64,000 bases of DNA from Eledone cirrhosa (GCA_964016885.1 OZ024760.1:16988001-17052000); one strand, 5' to 3'. Positions 11,340-25,232 are shown, numbered from the stretch's first letter. A program made the numbers and translations. The notes: generated by a model not told the origin, from the letters alone.

Positions 11340-11476
11340 TCTGGACTAGTACTTTATTCATCGCTCCCAGAAAGGATGAAAGTCAAAGTTGACCTCGACA
11401 GGATTTGAACTCGTAGCACAGGACAAATACCGAGGTATTTAATACGAGGTTTTAATCTCTGCCAATTCACCGCCTT
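11340..11476 (-). mobile_element. SINE copy (same dispersed family)
   Basis: Reverse complement of the B-box-like gagttcaaatcc and of the ctttcatcc/gtaccag core. Confidence 0.75.
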
Positions 11477-11494
11477 AAGAGCCAATAAAGACCG

Positions 11495-12092
11495 TGGATT
11501 ATCTCCATTTTCCTGGTTTTATGTCGATAAATGTTTTATAATATTCCTGGAGAAAGACGGTGATATTTTCCTGGTTTTATGTCAATAAAATCCCTTAAAT
11601 GTTCCTGGAGAAAGGCGGCGGCGACATATTCCTGGTTTTGTCAATAAATATCTTCTGTATACTCTTGGAGAAAGACGGCGACATTTTCCCGGTTTTATGT
11701 CAATAAATATCTTCTGTATACTCCTGGAGAAAGACGGCGACATTTTCCCGGTTTTATGTCAATAAATATCTTCTGTATACTCTTGGAGAAAGACGGCGAC
11801 ATTTTCCCGGTTTTATGTCAATAAATATCTTCTGTATACTCTTGGAGAAAGACGGCGACATTTTCCCGGTTTTATGTCAATAAATATCTTCTGTATACTC
11901 TTGGAGAAAGACGGCGACATTTTCCCGGTTTTATGTCAATAAATATCTTCTGTATACTCTTGGAGAAAGACGGCGACATTTTCCCGGTTTTATGTCAATA
12001 AATATCTTCTGTATACTCCTGGAGAAAGGCGGTGACATTTTTCTGGTTTTAAGTCAATAAATATCTTGTCTTACTTTTTGAGAAAGGCGGCG
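11495..12092. repeat. Minisatellite, 59 bp unit, about 10 copies, running into a SINE 5' end
   Basis: ggagaaagacggcgacattttcccgg... at 11667, 11726 and onward. The last unit continues as aaggcggcgaattggcagagtcgttag. Confidence 0.92.
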
Positions 12093-12849
12093 AATTGGCA
12101 GAGTCGTTAGTACCAGACTGTATCGTCTTTTACCTTTCCTTTGGACATCATCGGTGTCGTGGAGAAAGGAGACTTGCTTACATGGGTGACTGCTCATCTT
12201 TTACAAAACATTTTGACTACCTCGGCTTGCGTCTTGGAGAGAAACTTTCTTGATACAAAACCTCGATTTGCTGGCCTTGTGCCTAAATTATAAATCAATA
12301 TATTATATTTTCTGTTTTTTTTTGTGTTTTTGTTTTCCTTCCTTTCAGAATTAATTATCTTCACTTTCTCTAATATTTCTTTTTCTCTCTTTTCTACAGA
12401 TTTCTTTCAATTCCCGAATGATTCTCGACAAGTAAACCTTGAAAATGATACAAACAGACGGAGGAAATGTGCAATATTTGTCGACATTGCAAAGATCTGA
12501 CGTAACGAACTTTAATTAATTTTTTCTCACATCTAATTCTGTCTGTTACATCTTAACATCGACTTTAAGCTAAAAAATATAACACAAAGATGAAACGAAA
12601 AACGAAATTCAAAATTAAGAAGTCCGTTTTTCTAACATCTGACACGATGTTACCTTTTTGTATATCTTGTCGTTTTTAACACTATTTGGTTTCGGTCAAA
12701 TAGAAAAGGAAACGAAAAGAAAAAGAGAAACGTCCCATCAACAACAACAAAAATGTCCTTTGTTTTATAAGACATTCAACATTGTTCTTCAGCTTACACG
12801 ATGAAAAGATTTACTGTAAATATACATATATATATATAATATAAAAAGT

Positions 12850-13070
12850 TAAAGTTAATATCTGTTCCAAGCCCGTAGGCTAATAAGGCCGTTATTTATC
12901 TCGGTTTCATTGGCGTTAAGTGACTGAGAGTACACGACTTCCCCTAGATAGGACGCCAGTCCGTCGCACGGTTAAATTCCCCCCAGCTTTTGCTGGTTCT
13001 AATTTTCAGTTGAGTATACTGGAACAACGTGAAATGAAACGTTTTTCTCAAGAACACAATACGCCACGTG
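12850..13070 (-). mobile_element. Second tRNA-derived SINE family, partial
   Basis: Shares gactgagagtac..gactcccc..ggacgccagtcc..gtgaaatgaa..tcaagaacacaa with 61255-61815 and with the reverse complement of 46600-46830. Confidence 0.7.
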
Positions 13071-15443
13071 ATTATTATTAAAGAAAGCCGAATGTTTATA
13101 TGATGTGTTTCTGCTAAAGATAGCTAAAATAATTATTATAATAAATAATTTTATATAAAGAAACATGAAAGTGTTCTAAATGAAGATATATTCAGCTTTC
13201 TGTTTATAAATTTATCGTGAAAATTGAATTGTTCTATCGAGATAACTGGAAAGATGTTTCTGTCTGCCACAGTGAATGTTGCCTCATTACCATAAGTCGT
13301 AATCTTAGTTGTAACACTCACAACACCAGGACACTGTTTATTTGTTTATTACTGGAGTATTTTGGAGGCAAAAACAAAGTCTATCTCTTTATATTATTAC
13401 TGTAATTAATGTATGGAAGGAGAAACAGGGGACATTTTGGCGGCAAAGATATGGAAGAAAGAAAGAGAGAGAAAAAATATATATAATAGTTTTACACAGG
13501 AGAGAAAATAGCCGAGTTGAAAGGTTATCATGTAAAATATCCTGGTATTTGATTAGATAAGAATGGATCGATTCTGAGAAGCTATCGATGGAAATAGATT
13601 TGTTTATAGCTGATTACTGTGGTGGTAGATCATAACTAAAATCTATTTAACACCGACCCTCCTCTCATGTCTTCCAAAATAGTTTCAACATATCTGCTTA
13701 TTATATAAAATACATTTTCTATCTATATTTGAATTCTACATTAGATATAAAAATAAAGAAATACCCCTTCATTATCAGTAAGAAACAAGAAATAAACAAG
13801 AGCAATACTAACAACAACAACAACACTAACAACAACACTAACAACAACAACAATACTAACAACAACAACACTAACAATAATAACGACTTATTTACTACTA
13901 CTACTAATAATAATAATAATATAATGATAATAATAATAATGATATGCAATATAAATACATCAGAAGTCTAAACACCTAGAGATACATGTGTGTGTGTGTG
14001 TGTGTGTTTGTGTTCTTTTTTTAACATGGCGGACCTTGTTGTCTCTTGAGGTCACTGGTTGTGACTTGTGATAACTCTTATGAACATAAAGCAAGATTAA
14101 TGAAATAATAATAATAATAATAACGATTTCTTTATTAGCCACGAGAGCTTGGACATTATAAAAAGAGAGGTTAGAATATATGTAAAGTTGAAGAGATAAA
14201 GTTATATAAAAACGACGATCGGAACAAGGACAGTATTCAATAAAAGCGATCGAATTCGATGAAATTCGATTAAATAGATATAAAATTATTATAAACCAAT
14301 ATTTAAGGTTTCTCACCCATACATACTGGTGGTTAGCCATTAGTTAAGACAAAACTGAACACACAATATTCCTGCTCAAACCCTCTCTGTGTTATAAACT
14401 TCCCGGGGGGGGTCTCTGAAATCCTCTGTATTTCTTTGATTGGTTCATCAACAAAAAACACCAACATCTTCTGAACAGAAGTGTTTTATCTCTTCACCGA
14501 CGTTTCATTTCTACTACAGGATATTTCGACTGAATTTTTTTTTCTTTTTGTTGTCTTCTTTATCTATGATAAATGGATTCTATATTTAATAACTGACTGT
14601 GATAAAGTTATGCTTTTACTAGTTTTCCATGAATATTGCATAACAATTTTCAAGATTTGTGATATATCAATATTGGTTTAAACTAAAAACATACGGTGAA
14701 TTAATGTTGCCTTCTCAAATACGAAAACACCATGCCAAGAAATTTTAACATACAAACCTGAGACAGAAGCTTTCTTCTGTAACCCTTAAAACAACAACAG
14801 TTTAATGCTTTAAAAATAAAAACATAAAGAAGAGAAGAGTATCATTATTTGAACGAACTGATAAATGATGTTGATGTCAATGGTATATCCATGTTGAATC
14901 AGCGAACGTGCTTTACATGGCGTATCGCATTCGGTTTTAACATACATTTCACTTGAAATCGTTTGACTTGTTTATCAGAGAATTGCAAAAAAAAAACGGA
15001 AACATTTCAGAAATATGAAAAAGGAGGAAAAAAAACGAAAATAAAACTCCAAAAATAACAACGTTTTTCTGTGAAATTATTCAAGGTTTGGGGTTTAAAA
15101 GAAAAAAAAGAACGACCTAATATATTCTTGTGTTCAATATCTATATAATTAAATCAAATCCCCAAAATATCATCAATACTTTCCGAGTGTATATAAAATC
15201 AAATATTTGAGAATATAGATTAGCGTTCTTCGCTGTATGGTTTCATGGAGGAATAGTTATTTAACAAATATCCTTCTCTGTAAACATGATGTCAATTTAA
15301 TATTCACGGAGGAAAAGAATTTTGAAACTTTACCAAGAATGGAATATATTTGCCAAACAAGTTTTTTTATGCTACAGAAATAAACTGCCGAAACGTTACG
15401 AGAGTCAGTCAGTGAGAAATGAAATATTTTCAATATATATATA

Positions 15444-15715
15444 CTAGCAAAAGAGCCCGTTGTTGCCGGGCACACCTTTCATTACTGTAAATAAAGACCC
15501 CTTCTCTCTCTTCTCAACATGGCCGTCTTTAAATAGCCTTAGAACTCTGCTATTTTAGGGAAGAGCCGGATTTAAACTATATGTTGACATGCTCCGGGAG
15601 CTAAATAACCTATGTATCAAATTTAAACAAAATCTGATGGAAACTGTGGAAATGCATCGCCTGCATACAGACAGACGGACAGACATTTTCGTTTTTATAT
15701 ATAGAGATATATAGA
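15444..15715 (-). mobile_element. Non-autonomous Helitron-like element
   Basis: The - strand starts TCTATATATC..TATATATAAAA and ends with a subterminal hairpin CCCG-GCAACAA-CGGG then CTAG. Inserted between A and T, no TSD. Confidence 0.7.
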
Positions 15716-15999
15716 TACATGATTCGAAATGGAAAATCAAGTGCCACTAAAAAAATACTACTACTGTTTGTTTCTGTGGAGAAAATGGACGACAATTTCA
15801 TTGAACTTATAACAAAACAAAATAATAAGTAATTTTTGGGGGGGTATATTCTTCAAATATCTTTTTTCTGAGCGACGCGACATTTCTTAGTTAACACATC
15901 ACTGCTGTCGTTTCTATTTTCTTTTTCATTCCGTTTTTATTAAAATTGGAACGAACGAACATTGGCTAAACACTTTCACCTATATATATATATATATAT

Positions 16000-16090
16000 A
16001 AAGCGCCTGAAGATAGGTCACAATTTTGCTACCTCTTGTTATTCTAGAGATGTGGTCAATATTAGGCCTTGAAACCTTTGGTATCGCTTT
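16000..16090 (+). ncRNA. Type I hammerhead ribozyme candidate
   Basis: AAAGCG-C-CUGAAGA-U-AGGUC...GGCCU-U-GAAA-CC(uuu)GG-UA^U-CGCUUU. Stems I, II and III all pair; the cleavage triplet is GUA. Confidence 0.7.
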
Positions 16091-16487
16091 TGTTCTGTGT
16101 ATGAACATAAACAAATAATATAAGATCAATACATATATATACACATATACATACAGCCGGAGAACCAACATACGATATTAGACATATTTAAAAGGAATGA
16201 CACACATGAAAGAAAAAAAACCACCGCAGACAGAATCCACTCTTTCAATTCAAATGAAGTTAGTCTGACATTTTCTTCTCGTTTGATGAATTTCGAATTA
16301 CATTTCCTGGATATTTTTAAAAACGGACGGGCATCATACTGAGCAGCATATTGACCGAATATTTCGCCATTTTTATTTTTGTCCCTTTTTTTCCCATTTT
16401 CCCTTTTCCCGTGTGAAATAACACAAAAACGAAATCAAGAAAAAATTAATCTTGTGTAATTGTTTTACAACTAAAAGTTTCAACTGA

Positions 16488-16522
<35 letters not shown>

Positions 16523-17513
16523 AAACTAATACAAAAACAAAACAACAAATAACAAAACAAAATAATTGTTTCTACTTTAGGCACAAGGCCAGCAATAACC
16601 CAGTGCATTTCTATTATTGGCCACAACAGCCTAGGCGTTTAGGACAGTGCAAAAACCGAAATATATATAGGAAACGGAACGAAACATTGTTATGGAATGA
16701 AGTTGTATTAGAGGGGTTTGTTTGTTGTTGTTTTTTGTCTAAACTCATAAGATGTAGTTTGGCCGATTTACATATAATCCCTAATAATAATAATAATGGT
16801 TTCTTTATTAACCATGTGGAGCTTACATTAAGAGGACAATAAGGACAGTGCAGTGTGGGAAGTTTTTGTGTGAAAGTTATAAAGAGGTCTAAAAAATAAG
16901 CATTTAATAATAATAATAATAATTTCTTTATTAGCCACACTGGGTTCACATTAAGGAAACATTAAAGACAGTACAGGAGGATACAGTGTGGGTCTTTTCT
17001 TTGTGGAAAATAAAATTTATAAAAGAGACTAAGAAAATAAACAACTTCCACAAAGTAATAATAATGAGAAGCTAACAACTTGCCGAATAATCTCCGGAAA
17101 AAAAATACTAAAACGAAAACGAATCATAGCGGTAGAGAGACAAGACGGTGCTACAGTATGGCCGCATTTTGATGACTAAAACTAATAAAAGAATACATGA
17201 TGAGAAAGGGATCAGTTTAGAATATATTTACAAAAATTGGCGCAATTAGTTGCTGTCGAATGAGTTTCTGGAATTTTCTGAAAAATTGACTGACCGATAT
17301 TATCAAGAATAACGAAAACAATATATGATATATACATACATACATAAAGTAAATATATGAAATATACATAAAATATATATTAAATATATATAATATAAAT
17401 GAAACATAAATATATATAGAATATAAGAAATATATATATAAATAGATATTGAATATTTGAAACATATATAGATGTATATTGAATATATAAATATAATATT
17501 GAATAATATATGA

Positions 17514-17556
<43 letters not shown>

Positions 17557-18597
17557 ATATATTGAATATATAAATATATATTGAATAGTTTCTGAAATAT
17601 AAATATAATATATAAAACATATAAATATATATTGAATAATCTGTCAAGCATATATAAATATAATGTTGAATATATCAAACATAAATAAATATAATATTGA
17701 ATAATATATGAAATATACATATATATAATATTGAACATATAATATATATTTCACCCCTCTAAAACGTTTTTTTCTAGAAAATTTATTAATTCATTAATAT
17801 TCCACGTTAATAGAAGTAATAATAATTCTAACATTATTTTTTCACCAATAATAACAATAACAATAATAATAATAATAACAATGATGATGATGGTGATGAA
17901 CAAGAAGCATTAGTTGTTCTTCAGGAGATGATTGCGTTGATATCATTTCATAAGTCCTTCATTCAATTCGGCTGTAATGAGATGTCAGGTTTTACTAAAC
18001 CGGGTTTAACAAATGACGGATCACGTTTGTCACTTTAACAAATAGCTGACATTTCTTCCATTATAAACACACATCACGTGAAATCACATACAGCTACATA
18101 GTAATATATATATACATATATATATATATTATATATATACATACATATCCCGTATAATCATATACATTTACAAAGTTATATATATAATATATATCTATAT
18201 ATCTATATATATACATAAATATATATATATTATATATATATACATATCCCGTATAATCATATACAATTACAAAGTTATATATATAATATATATATATATA
18301 TATACGAAAGACATACACACACATAGATATATAGTATATTAATGAGTTTTTAAATGATAACCAAATACAAAACCTGGGTGACACTTTCACCTACAAAATA
18401 GACATACCCATATCTGATTATATACCCACATCCTACCCACCCTGTACACCCATCCATCCACCCTATACACCCATCCATCCACCCCCTTTCATCACCCCGA
18501 ATTCATGTTCACTACAACGGAAATTAAAACTAATCACGTGATCGACATTTCTTAAGGATTTTCATTTAAACAAAAAAACAAAAAAAAAAAAAAAAAC

Positions 18598-18688
18598 ATG
18601 TCGGACCTTATAATTGAAGGGATTGACCCTAAACGGCGGCCCCGGGAGGATGACTGTATTATGTCAACCATGTTACAGCCTTCTGACA
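18598..18688 (+). CDS. Candidate first coding exon (1a) of the ANKDD1-like gene
   Basis: aaacATG then MSDLIIEGIDPKRRPREDDCIMSTMLQPSD + A|GTAAGT. Phase 1, in frame with the exon at 59480. An ATCACGTGAT E-box lies about 60 bp upstream. Confidence 0.6.
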
Positions 18689-19025
18689 GTAAGTAACACT
18701 TCTCTTTGTTATATATTGTTGTTGATGTTGTTTATGATGTTGTCATAGTCCTCCTTTGTTATTCTCATACAACTCCGCCTCTTCCTTTTCTTTTTCATCA
18801 TCATCACCATCACCATCATTATCATTATCATTATCATCACCATCACCACTATCATCATCATTATCATCACCAGCCTCACCACCATCATCATACCATCGTC
18901 ATCATCATACCATCGTCATCATCACCATCGCCATCATCACCATCATTATCGCCACCATCACCATCATCACTGTTATCACTGCCATCATCATCATCATTCT
19001 CATCCTCAAGTCTTTACTTACAAAA

Positions 19026-19068
<43 letters not shown>

Positions 19069-19645
19069 CAATACCTACAGGGAAGCTGTTTGTATGTTTA
19101 TTATACGCACATACGTTTTATATGAGTCTATATAAACCTTCATATATAAAAATGTATATTTAATTTCTCAATTTATTTCTCACCCTTTTTTCCAAATCCC
19201 CACTTTTAAAAAAAAAAAAATTTTTTTAATTAATTTGAAGGCTAAAAAATACGTCTAAAAATCAAACATGGCGTTTTATTCATGAATCTTGTTTAGCCTA
19301 AAAGACTCTCATTGGTGAATGTAAGTTCTGTTTTCTTTTTCTTTGCTTTTTGTATCTGTTTTTCATGTTTAATTCTTTATCCATATTGTTTGTTTTCCAA
19401 ACATTTATAATTATTATATTATCTCCATGTTTTCTAAATTGCCTCGAAACTCAAAAATATATATTACTATATTTGTGGTCTAAAAAAAAAAGAAACAATC
19501 GCTTTACGAGATATTGAGCATGTTAGTTTATTGTAAGTTAGACATGAACATCTGGGCAACTCTGTCCATTTTCCCGTCTTTGGGGTTTTATATGTCAAAC
19601 TTTGTCAACTATTTTATAGTCAAACTTGGCTTTTAGCAGCTTTCA

Positions 19646-20560
19646 GTAATAATAATGAAATTATTGTGTACAGTGCTCAGGTGCACTACAACTCATCAAA
19701 GGTGCATGTATAGTACATAAAATAATATACAAATGTCGGGAGAGTGAATAGTGTATGAGTCATGAAATGTGTGCGTGTGTATGGAGGGGGGATATCGGGT
19801 GTAGTGTTGGTGACTTTCAGGAAGCATGGAAGTTTTAAAGGATGCAGTGTCGCAACAGCTAACAACTGATGCAGGTAGTTTGTTCCATGAGGTTTTAAAG
19901 GATGCAGTGTCTCGACAACTAACAACTGATGCAGGTAGTTTGTTCCATGGGGGTTTTAAAGGATGCAGTGTCTCGACAGCTAACAACTGATGCAGGTAGT
20001 TTGTTCCATGGGGGTTTTAAAGGATGCAGTGTCTCGACAGCTAACAGCTGATGCAAGTAGTTTGTTCCATGGGGGTTTTAAAGGATGCAGTGTCTCGACA
20101 GCTAACAACTGATGCAGGTAGTTTCTTCCATGGGGGTTTTAAAGGATGCAGTGTCGCAACAGCTAATAACTGATGTAGGTAGTTTGTCCAATGGGGGTTT
20201 TAAAGGATGCAGTGTCGCAACAGCTAACAACTGATGCAGGTAGTTTGTTCTATGGGGGTTTTAAAGGATGCAGTGTCTCGACAGCTAACAACTGATGCAG
20301 GTAGTTTGTTCTATGGGGGTTTTAAAGGATGCAGTGTCTCGACAGCTAACAACTGATGCAGGTAGTTTGTTCTATGGGGGTTTTAAAGGATGCAGTGTCG
20401 CAACAGCTAACAACTGATGCAGGTAGTTTGTTCCATGGGGGTTTTAAAGGATGCAGTGTCTCGACAGCTAACAACTGATGCAGATAGTTTGTTCCATGCT
20501 TCAGCAACTCTGAGTGTGAAAAAAATGTTTCCGAAAGTGATGGGAGATGTGCTGTTTTCT
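19646..20560 (-). mobile_element. 3' end of a CR1/L2-group LINE with an internal minisatellite
   Basis: FFTLRVAEAWNKLSASVVSCRDTASFKT matches the FFS.RV...WN.LP..VV......FK ORF2 terminus. The 3' UTR ends in (ATT)n. Confidence 0.8.
19830..20498. repeat. Minisatellite, 61 bp unit, about 11 copies
   Basis: Unit gggggttttaaaggatgcagtgtctcgacagctaacaactgatgcaggtagtttgttccat. Confidence 0.95.
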
Positions 20561-20759
20561 GACTTTGTGGGCATGCTCACCTGTGTTAGACACATTGCTT
20601 GATAGTGAACGAGTTTATGCATGATTTAGCCCATTACAGCCGTAGTGAGATATAACTTAGCAATTGCAGATATTCGTTCGATAGATCAACTATCTCTCAA
20701 AGAAACTTTAAGAGGTTACATATTATATATATGTATATATATATTATATATATATTATA

Positions 20760-20793
<34 letters not shown>

Positions 20794-20821
20794 TATGTGT
20801 GTATATATATATGAGTGTGTG

Positions 20822-20858
<37 letters not shown>

Positions 20859-21342
20859 ATATGAGAATCTGAGTTTTTGTTTACATTATCTATTTATGTA
20901 TATTTACTACTGTTGATCTCGATGGGCGGGATTGAACACAAAACATAAAGGGACGTAACTATATGTCACAAAACATTTTGTCCAACGCTCTACCGATTCT
21001 GCCAATTCACCACTCTATACATATCACGTAATATCAGAAATCTCAGAATTGTAAGGGAAATAACTCTAATGGCTCTGAAGTAACAAGCCCATTAGAGTTA
21101 TCTACCTTGGATTTTAACTTTATCCTTGCTAAATGGAAAAGTACTATTTTCCTTGTCATAGGGGGTCGTTGTCAATGTTGTTTTTATTGTTTATATTTAG
21201 CCCCAGACTACGACACTTTAAGTTAACCAATAACTGGAATCGTGCTAGCCGTGACCATTCCATCGATTTTCAGGTATCATGTAAAAGTTTAAGTCATGTC
21301 AATCATAATAATTGTTTTTATTTTTCGCCACCTATATACATG

Positions 21343-21446
21343 TACGGGATGTCCCCCCAAAATGTATACACGCTTCAACAGCATTCTAATAAATATTGCC
21401 TGTACAGGTAATCAAAGTGTGTATACATTTTTGGGGAACACCTGTA
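21343..21446. mobile_element. Tc1/mariner-type MITE (about 100 bp)
   Basis: TIRs TACGGGATGTCCCCCCAAAATGTATACAC / GTGTATACATTTTTGGGGAACACCTGTA with TA at both ends. Confidence 0.7.
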
Positions 21447-21529
21447 TGTATGTGTGTGTGTGTGTGTGTTCGTGCGTGTATATACGTAACTCTTTAAAAT
21501 ATATATACACACACGCAAACGTGTTTGTG

Positions 21530-21560
<31 letters not shown>

Positions 21561-21562
<2 letters not shown>

Positions 21563-21710
21563 CTAAAATTCCGTTATTACGAATACTATTACAATGAATT
21601 TTTCAGTATAACGAAATGTTTTTAATCCCCAAGGTAATAACAAACAAACGCTCGATTTGTGTCGGTCGATCTCGTTATAAAGAATGTTACGTTATAACGG
21701 AATTTCATTG
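21561..21710. mobile_element. Pogo/Tigger-like MITE
   Basis: Imperfect TIRs AAATTCCGTTATTAC / GTTATAACGGAATTT. Confidence 0.5.
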
Positions 21711-21721
21711 CGCGCGCGCGC

Positions 21722-21756
<35 letters not shown>

Positions 21757-21758
21757 CG

Positions 21759-22070
21759 CAGTGTACCCCCGACATTCGCGGTTCTGGTCATTCGCGGAAT
21801 TTTCCTTAGAACTAATAATTATTCGCGGAAACCACCGCCGCATATTCACAGAATCGTAAATATCTTCCACGGTTTTTTATGGCTTTTTTCATGGCAATAT
21901 ATATTTTTTCACGCTTTTCACGCTAAATTATTAATAACAATATACAGTATTTGCCGGCCTATATATCTTACGTTCTGTTTTGACGGTTTATAGGCATTTT
22001 TATGGACCACGTCCAATATTCGCGGGTGCTCTAGGGACGTAACCCCCGCGAATACCGGGAATTAACCGTA
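21759..22070. mobile_element. Pogo/Tigger-like MITE
   Basis: Imperfect TIRs CAGTGTACCCCCGACATTCGCG / CGCGAATACCGGGAATTAACCG, with internal ATTCGCGG repeats. Confidence 0.55.
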
Positions 22071-22357
22071 TTATATATATATGTGTGTGTATATATGAGA
22101 GCTAGCTATTTGGAATAAAAGCGCAAATAATAAGTATTGGTAGGATGTAGCTTACTCTGTACTCCTGTACCGGTTTTAGCCGTTAAACTGCGGCCATTCT
22201 GGAGTACTACATAGATTTAGTCGATCATATTGACCCTTAAGAGTTAAGGGTCGTTTACCTTTATCTATAATTATGTTAATCTATACTGGGGGTTCTCAAA
22301 GTGGGCGTTGAGGCCTAAGGGGGCGTTGGGAGAGCCGTAGATATGATATAATGGTAT

Positions 22358-22752
22358 ATTACCCCTTTAGTATTTAAACCAGCCATATCCGGCCAGAATT
22401 CTCTCACCTCATTTTTTTATCAAACCGAGTGTAAGTGGCCACACATACTGATGTTAAGGTATTGTTCTCAAAGTAAATAATTGTTTCTACTTTTGGCACA
22501 AGGCCAGAAATTACCCAGTACATTACTGGTACTTTATTTTATCGACCCCCCGTAAGGATGAAAGGCAAAGTTTACCTCGGCGGGATTTGAACTCAGAATG
22601 GAAAGGGCCGTAACTCTATGCGTCAAAGCATGGCATCCGACCCTCTACCGATACTGTCTCGTAGATATGATATTATGTGAGATATCATGCAAGATAAAGC
22701 CTTAAACTGTGGAAATCGTAAATATAGAGTAATGTAAGTGCTAAAGGGTTAA
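22358..22752. mobile_element. piggyBac-like MITE containing a nested SINE (about 22480-22655, - strand)
   Basis: Ends ttacccctttagta / tgctaaagggttaa. The same family is at 50045-50437. Confidence 0.55.
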
Positions 22753-22774
22753 ATATCAAATGATACATATATAT

Positions 22775-23013
22775 ATATTGTTATACTTTGGGAGGGTCAT
22801 GTTGCCAATAAGAAACACACGCACCAGTTGCTTTCACTTCAACCAACCAACCAGAAATTTATAAATTTATTATAAATTTATTATAATAAATTGAAGTAAA
22901 AGCAACTGGTGCGTGTGTTTCTTATTGGCAACATGACCCTCCCAAAGTATAACAATATCGGTTTCAACACAAGATTTCAGATAAAGAATCTTGCTAAACA
23001 AATTCAGAAACGA
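22775..23013. mobile_element. Family A mini-PLE insert: head-to-head short (-) and long (+) 3' arms in (TA)n
   Basis: The + arm encodes [27 protein letters not shown], homologous to the PLE ORF start. The - arm stops at AACAATAT. Confidence 0.85.
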
Positions 23014-23456
23014 CATATATATATAAATATAGTAAAATAAAAAAAATATATATATTTATTTATACATAGTATATAATATAAATTAACAATTTTATTTATT
23101 ATATATCATTTACAATTTGCATGTAGGTAGGTCCCTCTGGAAATAGGGTTGGAGTTAGGGGTTACGATTGGGGTAGGGTTAGGGCATTACGTGGCCGTAA
23201 GGTGGGGTGAGGCGGTGGCTCAAAATGTTTGAGAACTTCTTATCTATAATGTCGCTGCTATATATTTGATTCCACACATCACCACACTCTAAATCTGACA
23301 TTTTACTCGTTCAAGATAAAAACAAATCACAGAAACTATATATATATATGGTTTACTTACATATGTTTGTGTATATGTATATATAAATGTGTGTATGTAT
23401 GATATATGTATGTGCGTGTCGTGTGTATATATATATATATGTGTGTGTCTAAGGAG

Positions 23457-23511
<55 letters not shown>

Positions 23512-23735
23512 GCGCACATGTATATATGTGTGTATGTTTGTATATATGTATATATATATGTATGTAGATATGAGTGTGTGTATGTAGCTATGAGTGTGTG
23601 TATGTATATATGAGTGTGTGTATGTATATATGTCAGTGTGTGCGTGTGTCTTTATATGTCAATGTGTGTATGTATGTATGCATGCTTGTCTATATGTGTA
23701 TATATGTATATACGCATGAATGTGTCTAAGGAGAT

Positions 23736-23772
<37 letters not shown>

Positions 23773-24136
23773 GCGCACATGTATATATGTGTGTATGTTT
23801 GTATATATGTACATGTGTATGTATATATACTTATGTATGTATGTATATATGTCGGTGTGCGCGTGTGTCTTTATATGTCAATGTGTGTATGTATGTATGC
23901 ATGCTTGTATATATGTGTATATATGTATATACGCATGAATGTATGTATGTATAAAACCGATATCCGATTATTTCCCGTTCTAATGTCGCATGCCATTTAC
24001 AATCCACGCAGATCGATACATCTATCAGCTATCATATAGCAATAAGAACGAGGCCACCAATTCTATTAACAGCATTAGCTTTCTGTTGAATGGGAAGTTG
24101 ACACGGAAAATACTGTGGCTGGCCTATATAACTCAC

Positions 24137-24154
24137 TCGTTCTCTCTCTCTCGT

Positions 24155-24191
<37 letters not shown>

Positions 24192-24782
24192 CTCTGTCTC
24201 TCTCTCTCTCGTTCTCTGTCTCTCTCTCTCGTTCTCTGCCTCTCTCTCTCGTTCTCTGTCTCTCTCTCTCTCTCTCGTTCTCTGTCTCTCTCTCTCTCTC
24301 TCGTTCTCTGTCTCTCTCTCTCGTTCTCGGTCTCTGTCTCTCTCTCTCGTTCGTTCTCTGTCTCTCTCTCTCGTTCTCGGTCTCTCTCTCTCGTTCTCGG
24401 TCTCTCTCTCTCGTTCTCTCTCTCTCTCTCGTTCTCTGTCTCTCTCGTTCTCTCTCTCTCTCGTTCTCTCTCTCGTTCTCTCTCTCTCGTTCTCTCTCTC
24501 GTTCTCTCTCTTGTTCTCTCTCTTGTTCTCTCTCTCGTTCTCTCTCTCGTTCTCTCTCTCGTTCTCTGTCTCTCTCTCTCTCTCTCGTTCTCTGTCTCTC
24601 TCTCTCTCTCTCGTTCTCTGTCTCTCTCTCTCGTTCTCTGTCTCTCTCTCTCTCTCTCGTTCTCTGTCTCTCTCTCTCTCTCTCGTTCTCTGTCTCTCTC
24701 TCTCTCTCTCTCGTTCTCTGTCTCTCTCTCTCTCGTTCTCGCGCGCTCTCTCTCCCGCTCTCTCCTCCTCTCCCTCTCTCTC
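24137..24782. repeat. (CT)n/(CTCGTTCT)n microsatellite
   Basis: Direct inspection. Confidence 0.9.
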
Positions 24783-25011
24783 TGTAAATGTCTATCCCAA
24801 TCTCTTTGTCTCACTCTTACTCTTCTTCCTATCTTTCTCTTTCTCACTTTGCTGAATCTCCCTGAGAACTACGCTAAGATACACGTATCTGTGAAATGTT
24901 CAGCCATATGCATATTAATTTCACAAGCGATCTTTTTGTGGTTGAGTTCACCTTTCACATCATGGTGTAGGTGAGACGAAAGACAGAACAAAGGAGAGAC
25001 ACAAAATAACA

Positions 25012-25232
25012 TATTATTCACTGAAGAGGTCACAGAATGTGTGACGGAAAAGCTTTGACAATAAATAAACAACCTTCTGGTTATTAAACCAACCAACTAG
25101 AAATTTGTAAATGTGTGAAATGCAACAGGTGCGTGTGTTTTTACTGACAACATGACCCTCCAAAAGTATAACACTATCTGTTTCAACACACGTTTTCAGA
25201 TAAGAAATCTTGCAAAACATACAAAAACGATA
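25012..25232 (+). mobile_element. Family A pLTR fragment with a degenerate minimal hammerhead (25012-25063) and the long 3' end
   Basis: CUGAAGA-G-GUCAC(agaaugu)GUGAC-G-GAAA-AGCUU, then ATG at 25152 reading MTLQKYNTICFNTRFQIRNLAKH. Confidence 0.75.

Noticed and set aside
12400-12500. Strong acceptor followed by a short open frame (FFQFPNDSRQVNLENDTNRRRKCAIFVDIAKI*), with a possible upstream exon ending at 9921
   Set aside because: No recognisable protein, and the upstream candidate has stops in all frames. It could be non-coding but is unsupported.
22909-22980. Possible 72-nt PLE intron (GTGCGT...TTTCAG) overlapping the ATG
   Set aside because: The donor-like word is conserved, but the full-length element has TTTCAT at the acceptor position.
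23140-23185. TTAGGG-like words
   Set aside because: Too short and degenerate for an interstitial telomere call.
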